From contig NC_043011.1 of NCBI RefSeq assembly GCF_006345805.1, positions 5,022,001 to 5,086,000 of the forward strand: a stretch of 64,000 nucleotides of DNA, in the 5' to 3' direction. Below are positions 22,482 to 35,210 of the stretch, in pieces (the first letter of the stretch is position 1; each line of letters opens with the position of its first letter). The notes under the pieces were generated by a model, which was not told the DNA's origin, ran no database searches, and was given only the letters and a program-made list of their open reading frames with translations. The position numbers and the translations under genes were made by a program. Source of the stretch: Octopus sinensis (taxonomy: Eukaryota).

Positions 22482-24451
22482 TATTTCTTTATTCGGCACA
22501 TAGACCATGATACAGAGGGGGACGGCACAAGGACTGACAGAGCACCACAGAGGGGACAAAAAACATAAAGCGAATGAATGGGAGATGGATAATAATTAAA
22601 TGAAGATGTAATGGTTGCTTGAACCCCACTCTCAAGCAGTACCATTTAACTGTTTTAATACAAAGTTTTTATATCATTTTCCCTTCTTTTTTCTTTTTAG
22701 TATCGTATGTGTAGTCTTTAAAACATTTTAAAAGCTTATTCACGCTTTACCGTTTTATATATGGCAACAAGTCGTAATCTATAACTGGCGATAGGTCGTC
22801 AAAGTCTCCCCTCACTCCCATTGGGTCCACCTTGCTTCCAACACCATTCCTTTCGTATCTCTCTTTGTCTATTACTATGGCTTTTGTACTTTCTGGGTAA
22901 TGTTCCATTGGTAATTTAACTCTTATCATCGATTTAAATTTGGGGATTTTCCTTTCTATGTCTGTGTTTTTTGTATATGTTACCAAATGCCATTTTTTCC
23001 AGGTTCGTTCCTGCGGTGGAATTTGGTTGTCTGTGATGGTTTCCTTTTCTTTTTCCTTCGTTGTTGGTGCTATTGGAGGTTCATGTGAAAAATGTGCACA
23101 TTCTATTTCACCTTCCTTCTTTTTCTTTCCTTGGACTCTTTGGAGGTGAATTCACTGGCTCTTTTCTTTTTCTGTTGGTTACCTCCGTAAATGCTTCTTC
23201 CACTTTCATGCATTTTTCATTTTCTAGATCTGCCACTTCGGCATTCTACTCCTGTTGGCTTTCTTCGTTTTTATTTTCTCTCTGGGGACACTTTATTCTA
23301 ATATGTTCTCTTTTGCCGCATTGATATCAAGTTGGTGGCCTTCCTTCTACCACCAATCTCAACCTTATGTCCTCCGGCAGTATTTCTTCAGCAATTTCAT
23401 TTAGATCTTGTTGTCCGACCTGGATGACCGTTTCTAGTCCGTATCCCCAACAATTTTCTCTCTTTGTCCTTGTCATCTTTAAAATTTTGGTGTCTTCCTC
23501 AGCTTTGTGCATTACAGCTGCCACCACCCACGCTTCTTTTCTTTCTGGTGGTACTCTACCTATTCTCACTCTGGCGACCCTTTTGCCACAGTAGGTAGGT
23601 AAGAGTACCCATTTTTTCCGTCTTCAGCGTCACAGTGGAGTGATTTATTGCCTCCTGTTCGTTGGCAAATCTCTACTGTGCCGTATTTTCTACCTCTTGT
23701 ATAGAATGTTGTCAGGTGCTGAATTTCCTTCAGACATTCTTCAATTGCTTCTTCCGTAGCTATCTCTATTTTCTTTGTGGTTGTCGATAGAGTTCTGTAC
23801 ACTACTGTTCTTTTCTTGGTACTTGTTGTCACCTCTTGTGAAGGAGTCAGTTTTTTACTGGATCCCTCCTTCTAAATCAGCTTTTAGTGTTCCTTCAGCG
23901 TCTTCTGTTCAATTTTTATTTCTCGCACTTCTAGCGAATCTGCACCTTTCCCAGCTGCTGAAGCATAACTCCCGGCATATGCTGGAACTGGTTCGCACTC
24001 AATTCCGTTCTTCTTTCAGTTACTTCGCCCCAAAATGGGGAAGAAGACAAACACAAAATTTAACAGGCCCGCAGGCAATAAAGCAATGGTATTAAACAAG
24101 GCGGCGAGCTGGCAGAAACGTTAGCACGCCGGGTGAAAGCTTAGCCATATTTCGTCTGCCGTTACGTTCTGAGTTCAAATTCCGCCGAGGTAGACTTTAC
24201 CTTTCATCCTTTCGGGGTCGATAAATTAAGTACCAGTTACGCACTGGGGCCGATATAATCGACTTAATCCGTTTGTCTGTCCTTGTTTGTCCTTTCTGTG
24301 TTTAGCCCCTTGTAGGTAGTAAAGAAATAGGTATTAAACAAATTCAACAAAACATGTCTCACCCGCGCGGGGAGAACCTTCAACAAAGATACAATCAAGT
24401 ATAACACGACTTAGTCAAACGGAATCAAAAATGATTTAAAACCAACAACAT
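22482..24451 (-). mobile_element. ORF1-only (HAL1-like) non-autonomous Tx1/L1-type retroelement, decayed
   Basis: SYASAA N-terminus, KRTVVYRT...RGRKYGTVE...LPTYCGKRVARV...VVEGRPPT.YQCGKREHIRIKC; 3' AATAAA; 14-bp TSD TA(C/T)CTCGC(C/G)GACTG at 22468-22481 and 24452-24465; no RT or APE sequence. Confidence 0.8.
24100..24329 (+). mobile_element. SINE family B in the 5' UTR of the ORF1-only element
   Basis: 12-bp TSD GGTATTAAACAA at 24088-24099 and 24330-24341. Confidence 0.9.
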
Positions 24452-24609
24452 TATCTCGCGGACTGACAATCCTTGCTGTGTCTGTCTACTATCAGTACAG
24501 GAACAGTCCGCTTCTCACTTGGGGGTATCCGCCACAACACTTTCTCAACACAATCATCAGTTTTAATGACGCCAAGATTCATCACATATTTCAACAATGG
24601 TTCCACAGT

Positions 24610-24948
24610 ATTTTTTCTATACCACTCTAATCTGTTTTCCTCTTATTTGATACAATCCTGGCAACTGATGAAACCACTTCGACCCTTTCTTTTGGACAGG
24701 TACTAGGGTGGAAGGCTCCGTACACTGTCAACAGTTTTCTTGTCTTCGTATCTATGTTCATCACTTCTTCGTTTTGCCATTTTATAATTCCAGTTCCAAA
24801 CCGAAGTGATGCTATCACCCATGTATTAACTGCTTGGATTTTATTCCATCCGGTCACTTTTAGACTTCGGAAATATTCCATTCTCAGTTGCTCTTTCATT
24901 TCCTTCTCCGTTATCTCGTTGAACTCTAGTACACCAAGGTATTCGGAT
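24610..24948 (-). mobile_element. R4/Dong-clade RT downstream fragment
   Basis: EYLGVLE...NKIQAVNTW...GIIKW...IDTKTRKLLT..GAFHP; begins at an (AAT)n tract. Confidence 0.8.
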
Positions 24949-24976
24949 ATTATTATTATTATTATTATTATTATTA

Positions 24977-25005
<29 letters not shown>

Positions 25006-25008
<3 letters not shown>

Positions 25009-25253
25009 TTATGTTTGACTTTTGCTTTACATTTGTACAAGTTGGCTCCAAGTCTCACCCAGAGACCTCAAGAGACAACAAGCTGGCAGTTTATGTTGGT
25101 GTTATGCCTAGGGTGCCATATATTTGGTTTTATACATAGTGTTGTTCTAGAGAATGTTTAAGAGACCATAAGACAATTATGTGTTTGTTTTAAAATTTGA
25201 GATTACATAGAAAGTATTTTGCGTAGGATATGGGCAGTTCTCATGAGCGCTAT
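25006..25253 (-). mobile_element. R4/Dong-clade extreme 3' end with (TAA)n tail
   Basis: RTAHILRKILSM-stop, 3' UTR ending ...AAAGTCAAACA(TAA)n; same family as 47505-47893. Confidence 0.8.
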
Positions 25254-25314
25254 TCTTCTTCTTCTTCTTCTTCTTCTTCTTCTTCTTCTTCTTCTTCTTC
25301 TTCTTCCTCTTCCT

Positions 25315-25345
<31 letters not shown>

Positions 25346-25390
25346 TCCTCATCATCATCATCATCATCATCACCATCATCATCATTATTA
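25254..25390. repeat. (TTC)n(ATC)n microsatellite
   Basis: Direct reading of sequence. Confidence 0.95.
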
Positions 25391-25394
25391 CTTA

Positions 25395-26344
25395 TCTTTA
25401 TCACAGGTCTTGTTGGAGCTCCTGGAGTCTTGCATGCGTAGCGGGTTTACTACCTGCAGCCTACGGTACCATGCTATTCGTTCTCTTCAGCTATCTAATA
25501 CTTCCCTGATTATTCTGGCCGTGCCAAAGAGGCAAACCTTTTGTAACAGTTCTACTGGGAACTCTATTCCAATTTCCTTTATCTTCCTCTTGATGGCTTC
25601 TGAAACTGTTCCCAAGGACCCAGTAATAATTGGGACTATTTTCACTTTTCTCATTTTCTATAGCCAGGCTATATCTATCTTTTCGCCTTCCTTCTTGACT
25701 ATTCGTGGGTCAAAGGAGCATGCAGCATCAACTATATAGCATATGTGATGCACCTTATTCACCACCAGAGGATTTTGGCAGTCTCCGACTCCGCCACTCT
25801 CTGCTGTTTGTGCTCATATCACGTCTTGCCTCTCTCTAACCCCCACTTTTCGCAGTTTTCAATGTAGCACTTTCACTACCTGGTCGTGTCGCCACAACTT
25901 GTAGCGGTTTTGTGCAACTCCGGGGCATTCGTTTGTGATAAGGGCAATGACTTCATCAACTCTATTGCAGATGCAGCACGGCGGAGACACTTGCTCATTC
26001 CTAAGGTTCACCCTTCAGTTCATGGCCAAGGCCTGGTCTTGCGCTGCCACTATAGTACTCTCAATCTCTTTTCTTTTAGTGTTCCTTTCATCAGTCGATT
26101 CCACCTATTTTTTCCAGCAACTTCTGTTGTGGCTACATGGAATTGATGGTGTACTCCTTCCTTGCGTAATTAGTTTTCATGTCACTTTTATACGTTTTAC
26201 TTTGTTTCCCTTTTTTCTCTGCTCTCAATACTCCCTCGTTCCTAACTGTCACTAGCAAAGTTTCCTTACTTTGGGTTAGGTAACTTATTAAGCTCTCGAG
26301 TTCGATACGCACGCAGTCTTCCACACTTATCAGTCTCCTTTCTC

Positions 26345-26345
<1 letters not shown>
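25395..26345 (-). mobile_element. R4/Dong-clade 3' region (CCHC + restriction-like endonuclease)
   Basis: GERRLISVEDCV, IVAAQDQAL, C.IC...E....I...C......RHDQV, IVDAACSFD, VPIITGSLG, VCLFGTARIIREVL motifs. Confidence 0.8.
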
Positions 26346-26395
<50 letters not shown>

Positions 26396-26399
26396 CATC

Positions 26400-26954
26400 A
26401 TTGAGTGAGAGAGCAGTGCATGTCATCAAAGTGACACTGGGTCAAAATATATGAAGCCCAATATACCCATCATGACTACCCGTCTGATAAGGGTACACAG
26501 GCACATGCATCACAACCATATGTGTGCGACATGGTGATCTCATATCAAGATAAGCAGGACATGACCTTGGGGGTGGGGCCCAGTTAGAATTTTCTTCTGG
26601 TCGAGAAACCCATCCCACTCAAAAGGTCCCTGAATAAGGGTTGTTTAAGGATGTTGAACGAAACACCCATGTTTACAAAGGTGAAATATTTAAACCCCAA
26701 AGAATCCCTCTCAACACATGGCTATGATGTTCCCCTACTACATCTGCTCATGATCAGAGATGCACATAGTGCCAGCCACTAAGGGACATACTCAACTGGT
26801 TAAGGTCAAACAACTGACAAGCAAATCTGTGGTATTGAGCAGAATATTTGCTGTAGCCCATCTTTTATACCAAGACAAAAAATGTACATGACAATACTTC
26901 CAATCAGTTAAGATCAGAAGCCATGAAAGCCACTGTCTGGTACTGCATCAGGGC

Positions 26955-26958
<4 letters not shown>
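26400..26958 (-). mobile_element. ~550-bp non-coding element ('family D') embedded in (TAA)n
   Basis: Homologous to 46944-47452, 46620-46930, 29458-29599 and 62645-62772; (ATT)n on both sides; no ORF, TIR or tRNA head recognised. Strand inferred from the (TAA)n tail. Confidence 0.75.
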
Positions 26959-26987
<29 letters not shown>

Positions 26988-27108
26988 CATTATTTTTATT
27001 AATTATCATTATTATTATTATTAATTATTACTTATCATTATTATTATTAATATTATTATTAATTATTATTATTATTATTAATCATTATTATTATTATTAT
27101 TATTATTA

Positions 27109-27153
<45 letters not shown>
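26959..27153. repeat. (ATT)n microsatellite
   Basis: Direct reading of sequence. Confidence 0.95.
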
Positions 27154-27154
<1 letters not shown>

Positions 27155-27365
27155 TAAGCCGGTGAGCTAGCAGAATAGTTAGTACATTGGGCAAAATGCT
27201 TAGCGACATTTCGTCTGTCTTTACGTTCTGAGTTCAAATCGACCGAGATCGAATTTGCTTTTCATCCTTTCGGAATCGATTTAATAAGTCCCACTTGGAC
27301 ACTGCAGCCGATGTAATCGACTCGCACTTCCCCCGTATTCTAAGCCTTATGCCTAAAATAATTAT
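27155..27365 (+). mobile_element. SINE family B'
   Basis: GGTGAGCTAGCAGAAT...TTCTGAGTTCAAATC...TTTTCATCCTTTCGG. Confidence 0.75.
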
Positions 27366-27369
27366 AATG

Positions 27370-29338
27370 AAAGAATGCAAGAGGAAAAGTCGAGGGACAA
27401 AAGATCAACTTCTGATAGACAGAATGGTACTGAACGACTGCAAGGAAAGAGATACTAACCTGGGTATGGCATGGATTGATTATAAGAAAGTATATGATAT
27501 GGTTCCCCATTCCTGGATTTTAGGAAGTCCTGTGTTGGTACAAGTGTCAGATAGCATCTCAAATTTTATCCGGAGATCAATGAAGAACTGGAATACAGAG
27601 TTAACATCATGTGGACAATTTTTGGCGAAGGTTAACATCAAGAGAGACATATTTCAGGGAGATAGCCTATCCCCATTACTGTTTGTGGTTTGTATGATGC
27701 TCCTCACACAGATAATATGGGAAGTGACATCAGGATACACCTTGAAAAGTGAAGAAAAATTATATCATCTGTTATATATGGATGATTTAAAGGTCTTCGG
27801 GAAGACCAAACGTGAAATAAATGGTCTGGTTTCAACAGTGCAGATATTCAAGTAAGGATATCGGGACGAAATTTGGGAATAAAGTTTGTGGTGTGCTTAT
27901 AATACAAAAAGGTAAAAAAAGTATCTTCTGATGGTGTAGAACTACCCAACAGAGAAATCAAGGATGTTGAGACTGATGGATATAAGTATCTGGGTGTTTT
28001 GAAGTATGAACAAATCAAGGAGAGTGAGATGAAGGAAAGGTTTAGGCGAGAATATCTCAGATGAACTAAATTATATGAAGGGGACTAAATGAAAAAAAAA
28101 ACAAGATCAGAACAATGAACACATGGGCTGTTTCCTTAATGCGATGCAGCGCAGGTGCTGTTTGATGGACAAAGAACGAGCTTCAGGAAATTGATAGAAA
28201 AACCAAGAAAGTGATGACAATTAACAAGGAACTGCACCCAAAAAGCGATATTGATAGATTGTATGCCTAGGAACAAGGGAGGAAGAGACCTCATAGGATA
28301 TAAAATCTGTGTTGTCAACGAGAAGAACAGCCTGAGATGGTACATCAAATAACAGTGTAAATCCTTGCTTTCCGCTGAAATAACAACACAATACCTACTG
28401 AAAATGTGACACGCCCAAAAACATTTAAGAAACAAGATGAAGAGCAAAGAATAAACAATTAGAAAAAGAAAACGCTGCATGGGCAATACCTCAGAGAAAT
28501 CAAAGGCAAAGACAAGACCAACACCTGGAGATGACAACGAAAAATTAATCGGAAACGATGCACAGGAGCACTGATATGCAGCGCCCAGGGTCAAGCTCCG
28601 AGAAATAATTATACCAAATTCCAAATAGATAAGGGGAGTGAATAATCTATTTGTAGGATGTTTATTACCAATAAATGAAACATACTGAGAGCGAGTGTAG
28701 CAAGCTGGACCAAAATTACTACAAAAGGAAGGATGATAATGTAGCTAAGTTTGTTCACTGGAGACTGTGTAAAAAATACGGCCTGGACAGAGCAGAGAAC
28801 CATGAGGTATAAGGCGCCACGGAAAACAATGAATATAAGGTCCCGTGGGATTTTAGAATCTAATGTGACTTTGTATTCGATGCTCAGAGACCAGACATTG
28901 TTGTGACAGATAAAAGAAAAAAAGGAAACCAAGATCACAGATATTGCCATACATGGGGAGTCATGCGTAGCTGACAAAGGGCTGGAAAAGATGGAAAAAT
29001 TCAGACTACTAAAAGACGAAATTGCTAGAATGTGGACACTGAAGAGAGTGACAATTATTTCAGTAGTTGTAGGGCACTCGGAGCACTAGCAACCAAGTTC
29101 GAGAAATATGTCGGAGAAGTTAGAATTGATATGACGGCAGAGCAGGCTCTAAAACTGCTTTATTGGGAACAACTTGGATTTGGGGGTTGGTGCTAGAGTG
29201 TTGAGTGTCTTCCACGATAAGTTAACGTCTAAGTACCAAAGCATATAGTTTTCGGAAAGAGACCTTGTGAGAACTCTGACAACAGGTTGCTGTCCGCTCT
29301 CACAGAATCAACCAAGGCAAGAAAGGCCAGGAGATCTG
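27370..29338 (+). mobile_element. 5'-truncated R4/Dong-clade retrotransposon: RT to endonuclease to 3' UTR
   Basis: [39 protein letters not shown]; later RPDIVV, TDIAI, EIARMW, VVVGALG; ends in (TAA)n. Confidence 0.9.
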
Positions 29339-29341
29339 ATG

Positions 29342-29599
<258 letters not shown>

Positions 29600-29629
29600 T
29601 TATTATTATTATTGTTGTTGTTGTTGTAG

Positions 29630-29678
<49 letters not shown>

Positions 29679-30124
29679 GGCCGCCATACTGTAAAGTCAC
29701 GGAAATTCGAAGCTCCGTAACTTGAAATGGTGTTTGTAATCTTTTTGGCCTTCTAAGGCCTTGTACTTTCATTTTATTTTTACAATTGCATTTCTGAGAC
29801 TGTCTGAACTGCACCGATAGCATTTTCATTTAGAAACACCCGCTGTTCTGCAGAGAGTGCGCATCAATATTTTTTGAAGCTTAACTTTCGGAAAAAAGCT
29901 AATATTTTACTGTTTTCGTTATTCATTTAAAGATGGCTGATAAGGAAGCCATCAAAATGCTCGACAGCGGGACACGTTCCTTGTCGGAGACGAATGAGAA
30001 CAAAGACGTAACATGGCCTACACTGAATGACGTCACCGAGGCGAATACAGTTTCGTCTCTGAGCAACGTCAAAACTTTCGGTGACAACAACCACAGCAAC
30101 AGCAGCAACAGTGAAGCAGCAGCA

Positions 30125-30325
30125 GCAGTGGGGGCACAATGGCCCTATGGTTAGGGCAGCGGACTCGCAGTCGGAGGATCGCGGTTTCGATTCCCAGGCC
30201 GGGCGCTGTGTGTGTTTATTGAGCGAAAACACCTCAAGCTCCACGAGGCTCCGGCAGGGGGTGTCGACCCCTGTTGTACTCTTCCGCTCCAGCTTTCTCT
30301 CACTCTTTCTTCCTGTTTCTTGTCC
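30125..30325 (+). mobile_element. SINE family C, 5' part
   Basis: Same tRNA-like head and body as 21644-22025. Confidence 0.85.
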
Positions 30326-30469
30326 CCGACTTCCAACGCAACCGCTGAGCCTTCATCCATCCGTCGATGCTCTCGGTGTCGGGGATTGACCTGTTTTCTC
30401 TTCTGCGGGTCTTACGAATAGCAAAAGACCACTTTTCGGACTTCTAGGACGAAGACCGCTTCGCTCAAC

Positions 30470-33400
30470 AAACAAACAAACAAAGCAGCAGCAGCAACAA
30501 CAACTTCAACAATAACAACAACAATATCAACAACAGCAAGAACGATACTAACAAAGTGAAATTTAGAAAAGTGAATATTACTATTTCCACCGCCTCCACT
30601 GCAAAGGAGGTTTCTTTTGCAATTGCGGCGAGAAATTTGGAAGATTTCGGCAGAGATGAAGAGGATCTGAAAATGGCTAGGAAAATTGTAAAAAGGAATG
30701 GTAAGAAGGTAGCCCTAAACCCCGCCATCCGACATGATAGAGAATATCTCAAGAGAGCGAAATCCAACAATTCCTTTGGCGCGTGTGAGAACAGAAGATC
30801 CACATCACCCGAAGAAAGAAATTTCGAACTATTGATGGGAGATTTGGGACGAAAGAAGAAGCCAGGTGTCATTCAGCAACCACTTTGAGAAATGAAAGCT
30901 TCTTAATCTCCAGCTATTGTGGCCAACGCCTTGCTAAAGTTAGGGTGTTGTTGTGCCACAAGATATATCCATCACCTGGTTAATGGCGGCCGTCTTGGCA
31001 GGTATGGAAGACGAAGTGACAATCTTAGAGGTCAAGAAAATGCCTAAGCAAAACTGGTCAGGAACTGACCTTACAATGTAAGACCATATTGATCAGCTGC
31101 CCGATCTAATCGATCTCCTGGATGGTACTCACCAGCCAGTGTTAATGGAAGGTAGAAAGCCAAGATGCTATGTACGTGGATTTGTGACACACTTAAAGGA
31201 TTGTGTAGGTATAGTACATAGCAGAAGTGGACGCTTTCTGACAGGTGCTGACTGGATTACCCTCATCTACCAGTGTGGACATGGATCAACCACAGCGGGT
31301 CATCCAGATCGTATTTAGATTGAGTATTTGTTAGGTCAGAGGATAGGGATAGCATAGGTTGTCCACAATTTAAATTGGTCGACGACACAGATTACAAATT
31401 TGTGATATACTCAGTCGATTTAGAAAGGACTCGTAGACAGGGACCCGGTTACTGGAAGTTGAATGCGTCCTTACTGGCTCGCAAAGACTACAGGGACAGG
31501 ATTAGTGAACTAGTTAGGCGACAGTTGACGGAGCAGTCGACAACAACCGGCGGCGGATCTCTCTGAAGAGAGGGATTAGAATAAAATCGACAGCGTTTAG
31601 TAAAGATTTAGCAATAGAAAGAAATAGATTAGAGAGAAAACTAGTTAGCAGACTAGAAGAGGCTATTAGTAAAGGGATAGCAACCGACGTATTAGCGGCG
31701 AGAATGGCCGTTGACCATTTCTTTGAGGCGAAACACAAAGGGTGCGTTGGCCAGTGCGCTAAAACACGAAGGAACTAAAGTCGTTCGATGGGGCCGAACA
31801 GTAGGAACGCGACCTGAAAACAAAACCATGATTAGGTCTTTGACGGATCAGGACTGGTGCGTGTTACTCGGTTCCGAGCAGATGCTGGAGCACCGTCTTT
31901 AGTCGAACAGAAAGAAAGAAAGAAAGAAAGACAGAAAGAAAGAAAGAAAGACAGAAAGAAAGAAAGAAAGAAAGAAAGAAGGAAGGAAGGAAGGAAAGGA
32001 AGAAAGAAGTTCAATCTACTGTATACAAAGAATTAGTAGCGGAGAAGTGCAACGGTGTCTCCTGGAGTCTCTGGGCTTCGACGAAAAGGAACTGGCAAAT
32101 CTATTCCGGAGGACTTTCCGGTCAGGGATTGCTATGGATAATTTCCAGATGTCCTTAGCCTGGCAGTGGTGCTGGGCATTGCTACGATCTACTGTGAATT
32201 GAGATCATGTGGATGCTGTGTTCTCACTCTTAAAACGAAACTACACCACAAATGCTGAACAAAACAAGAAAAACAGCAGCAGCAAAACAACATTAAAACA
32301 TTTTGAAAGAGATACGGCCTCCACCTTGCGAAAACCAGTGGAGGAATCGTCGAGAACTATGTTGCGGAAGAAGTGTGTCTGCATAAGTGGACGTCGTCAG
32401 CGTGATAGTGTTGGATATGAAGAACATCAAGATAATCGTCACTGCTCTAAGGAATTACGATGCAATGACAGGAACAAAAATCAACCAAGAAGAGTCAGAG
32501 GGCCAGCAGCTCAGCACCTTCAGATGCAGGCCACATCCTTCGAAGGCGCTGGACTGACGGACCGGTTTAATTGCTCCGAATGTTGATTTGTCCAGATCTC
32601 TGTGCGGAGAAAATTTGGGATGAAATGACAAAGAGAGACGTCAGTTTCATCCAGAAATGGGCCAAGGGATTGCTATCCCTAAAAGGTGGGGCTGAAGTGG
32701 GTAACGCTTGCATCACCTTCGTCATATTATTACCGCTTGACCATCGGGCCTTGCAGTAGTTCACGTTTGATCAGCTTGGAGCGCTGACTTTTCTGTTTTC
32801 TGTGGAAGTGAAGCATTTGCGCTGGTCAACTGCCACAATTGTTGACAATATTTGCTGTGTGAGGACTAGCATTCCGTGGATGATGATGCACAGACATACG
32901 CTGAGGCTGCGACATCAGGAATTACTTGACAGTAAACAGAATTTCAACCATGGCGTTATACAGAGGGTTACTGGAGGGCAAAAGCGACGAAGTTTTCGGA
33001 AAGACTCTGGGCATCGACAGAAATCAACTCGTTGGTCGGATCTGAAAGCTTTACGGGCCAAGCCCTTGGGCAACTTCCTGAAATCCTTGGCCAAACAGCG
33101 CTACCGAATGGTGGTTCGGGGTAGTGGCATTGGTGGTTCGAGATAAACTCTACAGGCAGGGAAGTGCAGTCAGCCGGGTCTATAAGAGGTGCGTGCTGTT
33201 CTACATGCTCATCTCCAGGGCCCGAGTACTGCTGACTTTTAAGATTATGTCGAACGTATGTTGCGGTGTACAGGAAGAATCCAGTTACCAGCTGGGTCCA
33301 TTGTGAAGATCGTCACACCCCTTCCCTTTGGTCAGGAAGGACAGGCAGCGCTTAGCTGTTTAGTGGCCTTAGCGAAAGAGGTTGTATGGCGGATCAGATT

Positions 33401-33490
33401 GAAAGGGCGGAAGGCACCTTTCTCCTTGGCCAAGCCCTCATCAACTTTTTCAAGTTTTACTTAAAATGAAATTTGAGGGTGGAGAGAAAA
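30470..33490 (+). mobile_element. Decayed Tx1/L1-clade LINE (ORF1 + ORF2 remnants, internal deletions)
   Basis: ORF1 end PVLMEGRKPRCYV.G...HLKDC; ORF2 GPGYWKLNASLL...DYRDRI, RT-like segments and C-terminal zinc-knuckle region; many stops; interrupted by a SINE A scrap and (GAAA)n at ~31880-32010. Confidence 0.75.
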
Positions 33491-33839
33491 GAAACTTTTC
33501 ACCACGATGCAAATATCTTAAAACATTTATTAAAGCACTGATATTCACAGTAAAGCACTGATATTCAACAATAAACTTAGCGGGAAATATCAATTATATT
33601 ATTATTTGCTAAATTACAACATATAATGATAAACCCGACATTCTGACGCATTAGAATAACCATTCAAATAAGAATGCTACAACTCAACCGTTTACGAAAT
33701 GTTCTACAAGTAGAAAGAGCTAAAAAAGAAATACATAGAAGAACTAACCCCGTCTGCATTGTAATACTAAAATTATAGAAGATACGAATCTCACACCAGG
33801 TTCAAGGGCAACAAATCACTATCCTTTCACCAGTAAAAA

Positions 33840-34260
33840 TAATGGTTTCAAATTTTCCCACAAGGACAGCATTTTGGGGGAGGGGATAAGCCAATTATAT
33901 CTGTTACACATTCATATCTGTGTATACGTGCATCCCCACTCTTGGCACTATTTTGTTTGTGAATAGTACACACTATGTGTAAAGTATATAATGTATTACT
34001 ACGCTGAATGTCGAGTCCGTGTAACATGATAAGTAAATAAACACGTAAACAATAACAATGGTTTTCATTTGGTTGTCTATCCCATTAGAACCCAAACTAC
34101 ACATAACAATATCGACCCCCAATGTTTCACTGGTACTTATTTTATCAACCCCGAAAGGATGAAAGGCTCGGCTGAATTTGAACTCAGAACGTACGAACAG
34201 GCGAAATAATGCTAAGCATTTTGCCCGGCATGCTAACGATTCTGCAAGCTCACCGCCTTC
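33840..34260 (-). mobile_element. SINE family B' interrupted by a solo LTR
   Basis: Tail AATGGTTTCAAATTTT..CACAAGG at 33840; body resumes TCGACCCC...GAACTCAGAACG after 34110. Confidence 0.75.
33902..34108. mobile_element. Solo LTR (207 bp)
   Basis: TGTTA...TAACA termini, 5-bp TSD ATATC (33897-33901, 34109-34113), internal AATAAA. Confidence 0.7.
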
Positions 34261-34379
34261 GTTAGTATGAATACTAAATGGAGTAAGACGACACTCAATA
34301 TCCGCATGTACAAGATTAGTGAATTATTTAAACGACATTTGATGGGAAAATCGACAACAAACGAAAAGAGTGATTACAT

Positions 34380-35210
34380 CAGAATTAATAGTATTTAGCA
34401 ATGAACTGCCGATAGAGATAAATTGATTGAAGGAGAAACTAGTAAGCGAAATTGAAGGGGCAATTAATAAAGCACTGCGGCAAATGTCCAAGCGGCGACT
34501 TGCTTCAAGCAACAGCCAAACGGACAGTTGTCTACAGGTGCGTGAACACAAAGACAAGGAAACTCGAAAATGCTAAACGCGACTAGGTGGGAAAGCCTTA
34601 AAAGACATATGGCAGGATATCCACATTGCGAGAGCGAGGCAGTACGGCAGAGTAGAGGCCCTTTTTAAGACCGAGGCGCAGGCGATACAGAGCTCGGTGA
34701 CCACGCGTCGCACCGAGGAAATCGCCCTCTTCCCAACGTACATGAGAAGAAGGGCAGTACGAATTACGGTACCTGGTGTCCCAAAAGGCTTGGATCTATG
34801 ATGGATTCTCACCTGTATTCGTATGGACGGGAGAGAGAATCTCCAGGATGTTAAAAGATCGAAGGAGAATTGGGTTGGGACCGAAGCAGAGCAGTTAGAG
34901 AAAGTCCCAGACCTGATTTGGAAGAATGGCCAATGTGAAAAGACCAATTCTGAGCATACACCCGTAAAGAAATAAAAGGCGAAGGGCTCTTACTCTGTTG
35001 ATCAGGCACCCGTAGCTTTTGTGGGTTTTTCTACGAGGAACCTTAAAGCGCCTCCCCCTATTTGGAGATTTATGTTGTTTAATTTTTTATTATTTTCTAA
35101 TGTTTACATGCTTTAAAACCCTTTGTATCGTCTTGTGCCGTCTTTTATGTTGTGTCATATTGTTTTATGTTGTTTTATGTAAGCTCTTGTGGCTAAGAAA
35201 AGAATAAATT
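34380..35210 (+). mobile_element. Tx1/L1-type ORF1 remnant joined directly to a 3' UTR
   Basis: AKRTVVYRC...RARQYGRVEALFKTEAQA...LFPTYMRRRAVRITVPGVP; T-rich 3' UTR ending in AATAAA (35203-35208); no ORF2. Confidence 0.7.

Noticed and set aside
30125-30200. tRNA gene (also 21950-22025)
   Set aside because: The tRNA-like head continues into a shared SINE body with TSD; acceptor stem is incomplete.
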